A DNA stretch of 37,779 nt. It comes from Octopus bimaculoides (lineage: Eukaryota). Under the pieces are notes generated by a model. The model was given only the letters and a program-made list of their open reading frames with translations, did not search any database and had not been told where the DNA came from. Position numbers and translations under genes: made by a program. The stretch spans positions 10,137,445 through 10,175,223 of the forward strand of contig NC_069008.1 in NCBI RefSeq assembly GCF_001194135.2, given 5' to 3'. Shown piece by piece: positions 33,375 through 37,779 of the stretch. Position 1 is the stretch's first letter, and each line of letters begins with the position of its first letter.

Positions 33375-34092
33375 AAGAGAGAGGGAGGCAGATGGTGGTG
33401 GTGGTGGTGGTGTGTTGATAGTGAAAAGCATTCTTTTTTGTTGAACTTTTTTTTTTATAATGACCATTGCTTAAAGCATGTGAATAAGTGCAATTATTTT
33501 TCGTCTGCTCGTTGAAAAAATTGATATTTGTTTATAAGGATTAATTTAGCCTGAACTCTGGCTTCAAAAGAAACATGGTTGCAAGCTGCCTAAGAAAGGA
33601 TGCACAGATATAGAGTATGGGTCAGAGAGGAACAGTGAAAAAATATAATAAAAAGAGGAAAAAGACAACACAGACAGAGACACGAGGACATGAATGTAGA
33701 CGAACATCAAGAATATTTAAAGAAGGCTAAACTATAAATGCTATAAAAATGCAAATCATCTTTTAAATAGGTTGACTTAACTTTTTCCATTCCATGGAAT
33801 TTCCACAGGTCCAACTAGTACGAAAATATTTCTATTTTTTGTTTTGTTATTCAACAACTTAACAAATATTTCCATAATTCTCAATTTTAATGTTTCAATT
33901 TACATACAACAGTAGTTATGGATACATATTGATTATAATAATGGAATAAGCAGATGTGCTTCAGGAGGGAACTGCTGGGATTTACCCTAACTACCCATAT
34001 AATTATATATGTGTATGTGTGTATGGTTCTCATGTATGTATGAGTGTACAGGTGCATCCAGTTACACACATGTGATTATGAGATCACAGAGT

Positions 34093-34230
34093 CAGGGAGT
34101 TAAGACGTTTACATCACTATCACTAGGGCCTGGATTCAGTTAACTGCTTGATATCTTAGGTAAGAGTCTTTTAATATCGCTTCGTATTGGTCCAATAAGA
34201 ATTACAGAAACTGTGTAAAAACCTGTTAGA
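34093..34230 (+). mobile_element. Highly degenerate CORE-type SINE head
   Basis: Weak colinearity with 3590-3700. Confidence 0.3.
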
Positions 34231-34399
34231 TGGATAGTACTATTAATCCAAAGGTCCAGTTTTGTCACACTGTTGTGCTGATGCTGCTTGACAATTGCAT
34301 CAAAGGTTCACATGTCTTGAAGTACTCAGACACTGTGTAGAGTCAAACAATTGGAATAGTCAATAACTGAGGCTAGTAAAGAATCCATGGCACTCAGAT

Positions 34400-34720
34400 T
34401 TCATAGATATGCCAATCACCATGAAGTGGGTTCCTCAAGACTAATTTTGATACCTCCAGTTCAGGGTAGTGCACACAGTGACCAGATAGTCACAACCATC
34501 TTTGCCTGATCTCGCTAACTTTTGGCAGATCTCTATAAAGGCATTCTTTGTCTTATGTTGCAGCCATTTCATATTTAGGGTCATTCATAACATCCTTGTG
34601 TAGCCCATTTGATAATTTCTTTGTCTGTGTACATGTTTCACTGCCATATAATAGCACTGATTCAATAGTTGCAATGAACAACTTGATTTTGATTAGCCTG
34701 GGCAATTTGAAGAGATGATT
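34400..34720 (-). mobile_element. RTE-like LINE ORF2 C-terminal fragment
   Basis: KIKLFIATIESVLLYGSET..TRML..LYRDLPKVSEIRQRWL*LSGHCV. Confidence 0.78.
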
Positions 34721-34794
34721 GACTGAGAAGTGTGGTGGGTAAACTTTGTTGTTGCAGCCGTAATAAAAATAATAATGTGCTACATGCCTAATTC

Positions 34795-34798
<4 letters not shown>

Positions 34799-34848
<50 letters not shown>
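34799..34848. repeat. (CA)n microsatellite
   Basis: About 24 near-perfect CA units. Confidence 0.9.
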
Positions 34849-34851
<3 letters not shown>

Positions 34852-35769
34852 CATATATGCAAAAATATTTTCATCAACTGACATAATGTGATAGGTATAT
34901 ACTATGAGGGCTCAGTTTGGTTCACCACTAAAACTCTAACTTGAACTGCAACTGAAAAATGTGTTGCTGAAATTGCTTATCAAAAGTGGCTAGAAGTGGT
35001 TTATCATTAAGCAAGTACATTAAAACAGATAATGAACAAGCATAACATTTGGCATCATTCTACAATATTTAGTTCATAATATAAACATAGCACAAAGTAG
35101 TCATGATAAATAGGTAGTCTCATACTGCTGTTTCTAGAATAGTTAAGCATTCCATCATCAGAGAGAGAAAAATAAGAAAAAAAAGTATAGAAATATTGAA
35201 TATTCTCAATCAAAATATTAGTATATACCAATTCTTTAAGAATTCAAGGAATGTTCAAGGTGAAAGATAGATTGTTTGGTATTTTCATGATCAAAGAGTT
35301 AATAAAATCTAAGGTAAAAGGTAATGTCAGTCAGCAGTTTCATAGAGGAAATTTTGAGGAGAATTGGAAGTTATTAGTTGCATTTTTGAATAGAAAGTGA
35401 ATCAGATTTGAATTGGAAGGCCTTGTAAAAGAATATTATAGAGCAAAAGAGACATAGAGTGGGGATGTTTGTACACACACACACAAACACACACACACAC
35501 AATATAGACATGTGTTCATGCACCAATACATACACACACATATATGTGGAGGCATATTCCCATACAGGTACACAGAGACAGACACACACACATATATATA
35601 TATGCATGGACACAAACATGCATGTGGATACATATACACACACATTTGCTTAGACATTATATACTACAATGTAAAATGTGGGTGCACGCATGTTAATATT
35701 CTTAAGTTATTACACCTGGAGAAGTACAGCTGACTCTAAGCAAATATAGAAGCTTAGGGATTGAAAGGT

Positions 35770-36585
35770 AATTTCTAAGTATGAAGAAACCTTGATGGGC
35801 TTTCGATTGCTTCAATATTCTTCAGCAATTGCTCGAGGGAAGCCACCTTTGACTAGAAGATGGACTCAAAGGCAAGGTCAGTAACTGGGGCTCCTAAGGA
35901 GCATCAAGCCAATGAGCGAGGGACTGCAATGGAAGGGAAAGACTCTGCAAATAGATCTATAGTTTGTTGATGTTGAGAAGCCGGGTGGTTGAGGATCCAG
36001 AGCTCACATTTGGAGCTGGTTACTTGGAGACCCCACAGACCAAGCTCCCCAACCATCATGTTTGCAACGGTAAGAACCTTGTCTGAAGGCACACCAAACA
36101 AGTGTCATCGAGAGACCAGACATTGAGGTTTCGCTCAAACCCCATCTTGGTGTTGTTATCAATGACCAGTGTGAACAGAGTGGGCCCAAGTGGGTTGCCC
36201 TGTTGGACTCTTGAGGCAGAGATGATGATTTGGTCACTGAAAGAGAGGTAGGAGGGCTCCCGAAAAGAGTGCCATGCAAAGCGATAGAGTTGTGGGACCT
36301 TCTCTCTTACTGAGCTGAAGACAACATTGCGGCTGATAGAGTTGTTAAAGTTACATTTGAGGATGACCTTGGGTGACAAGCAGGGCAAGCTGGCATAGGT
36401 TCTGGTAGCATGAGCAGCAGCTTCACATCCCAATTTGGTATCCACTCCAAGCTGGGTGGGGGAAAATTCCTCCAATAGATTAGAGACCGCTTGTAAACAC
36501 ACCTTTGCAGTGAGACGGCAAAGAGTACAGCCAACCACAGTGGGGCGCAGGTCTCCATTGGGTTTAGTGAGCCTGAATAATTCCC
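35770..36585 (-). mobile_element. CRE-clade-like non-LTR RT fragment
   Basis: LTKPNGDLRPTVVG..QLGVDTKLGCEAAAHA..FNNSISR..SRVQQGNPLGPTLF..NVWSLDD matches the CRE/Cnl1-type RT motif pattern. Confidence 0.82.
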
Positions 36586-37371
36586 ACATCTGAATCAGCA
36601 GGGAAAGATGAAAGAATGAGAAAAATGAAGAAGAAGAAAAGAAAAGTGGCAAAACTTTACAGAGTGCTATAAAAAAACTTTAAAGAGTCACACACATGCA
36701 ACATCTTCCAAAATGGCAGAGGGAATAGAGCAAAACAAGATAAACTGTTGAATAGTTCAGTTCAAGATCAAAGTGCTAAAATGCAAATAAAGAACAAGGT
36801 TATTGCTGGGATTTGTCCAGAGTGATTTTAAAAAGAAGTATGTAAAAGATGATATATTTTGATAGCATAATTTCCTGTTAAAAAATGTTTTTTTCTAACA
36901 CACACATACAGCCTCACTTGGTTTGGTTGTGGGTAAAAATTTTAATTATCTTTTTTTACTTTTTGCTTATATCCCAGTAATGGATCACATGTGTGTTACT
37001 TCGTCATCATTATTCCATAAAAGGCTTTTATGTGGAGAAAAATATATTGGTAATTAGAAAGGGATTTTTCCAAATGTTTACTGGTTTACTCACAGGTATT
37101 CAAAATAGATTATTCAACAGTTTGTATATAAATCCAGTAATAATTCTTATCTGATAAGAATTTAGAGATATATTCTGTTGGATTATTCTAAATATATTAT
37201 GGATTATTCTAAATATATTACCTTTAACCATATAGGTCTTCTGGAGTATTTAATATCAATAATAAGGATTATTACAAAATAGCATTTGTATTCCTTTAAT
37301 TTATTTTTACTTATAAATATTTTTATATAAAAATGAATTAAAGGAATCTTAATGCTACTTCATACTAATCT

Positions 37372-37779
37372 TTATTATTATTATTATTATTGTTGTTCAG
37401 TAGTTTTATTTTTATAACGTGCTTTCACTTCACTACCAAGTGCAGCTCTGTGCGCCTTGGGTATGTGCTGTGGTTTGCTGTGATGCTCTTATGGTTACTG
37501 TATTGAAAGTGTTTTGCGTAGGATGTGTGCAGTGCCCTGTAGTGCAATTTTCTGTATGTTATATATATTTGTAAGTCCTGGTGTTTTTGTTATGTATTTG
37601 TCTGAATAATTTTTTTATTATACCTAAGGCACCTACTATGATAGGAATTGTTTCTGTTTTTAGATTCCACATTCGAGTTACCTCTATTTCCAGGTCTTTG
37701 TATTTTGAAAGTTTCTCCATTTCTTTTAGGGAAACATTGTCATCTACTGGTATTGATACATCTATTAGAAAGCATTTTT
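37372..37779 (-). mobile_element. R4/Dong-clade LINE 3' end with (TAA)n tail, running off the window
   Basis: KCFLIDVSIPVDDNVSLKEMEKLSKYKDLEIEV..PIIVGALG..QKIALQGTAHILRKTL, stop at 37495-37497, one frameshift near 37610. Confidence 0.92.

Noticed and set aside
34880-34990. Mariner-like TATGAGGG start
   Set aside because: Too short, with no matching end or ORF.

Overview
AT-rich, repeat-dense eukaryotic DNA from a gapped draft assembly. N-gaps lie at 400-409, 7736-8563, 9361-~10095, 12830-13021, 13848-14146 and 17974-18278. The SINE families, (TA/CA)n microsatellite load and LINE mix look like an octopod cephalopod; this is inferred from recalled repeat families, not from a search. Most of the window is decayed mobile DNA: RTE-clade LINEs and many copies of their 3' end, at least five Penelope-like (PLE) fragments, three R4/Dong-like endonuclease ends, one CRE-like RT, three mariner fragments, one Tc1, three MITE-like foldbacks and several tRNA-derived SINE families. 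No intact transposon ORF, tRNA gene, rRNA or CRISPR array is present. Host gene content is limited to two phase-compatible + strand exons (22654-23117, 30691-30948) of an unidentified acidic/coiled-coil protein, plus weaker exon candidates. The best leads are: (1) a set of minimal type I hammerhead-ribozyme folds with palindromic stem III and different core variants, one of them inside a tRNA-headed SINE-like element just downstream of a PLE ORF end; (2) a PHD-like finger inserted inside an RTE reverse transcriptase; (3) a head-to-head mariner fusion carrying an inverted local templated copy; (4) two near-spacerless palindromes with arms of about 60 bp. All calls are by eye. Repeat boundaries are approximate, and family names need database confirmation.
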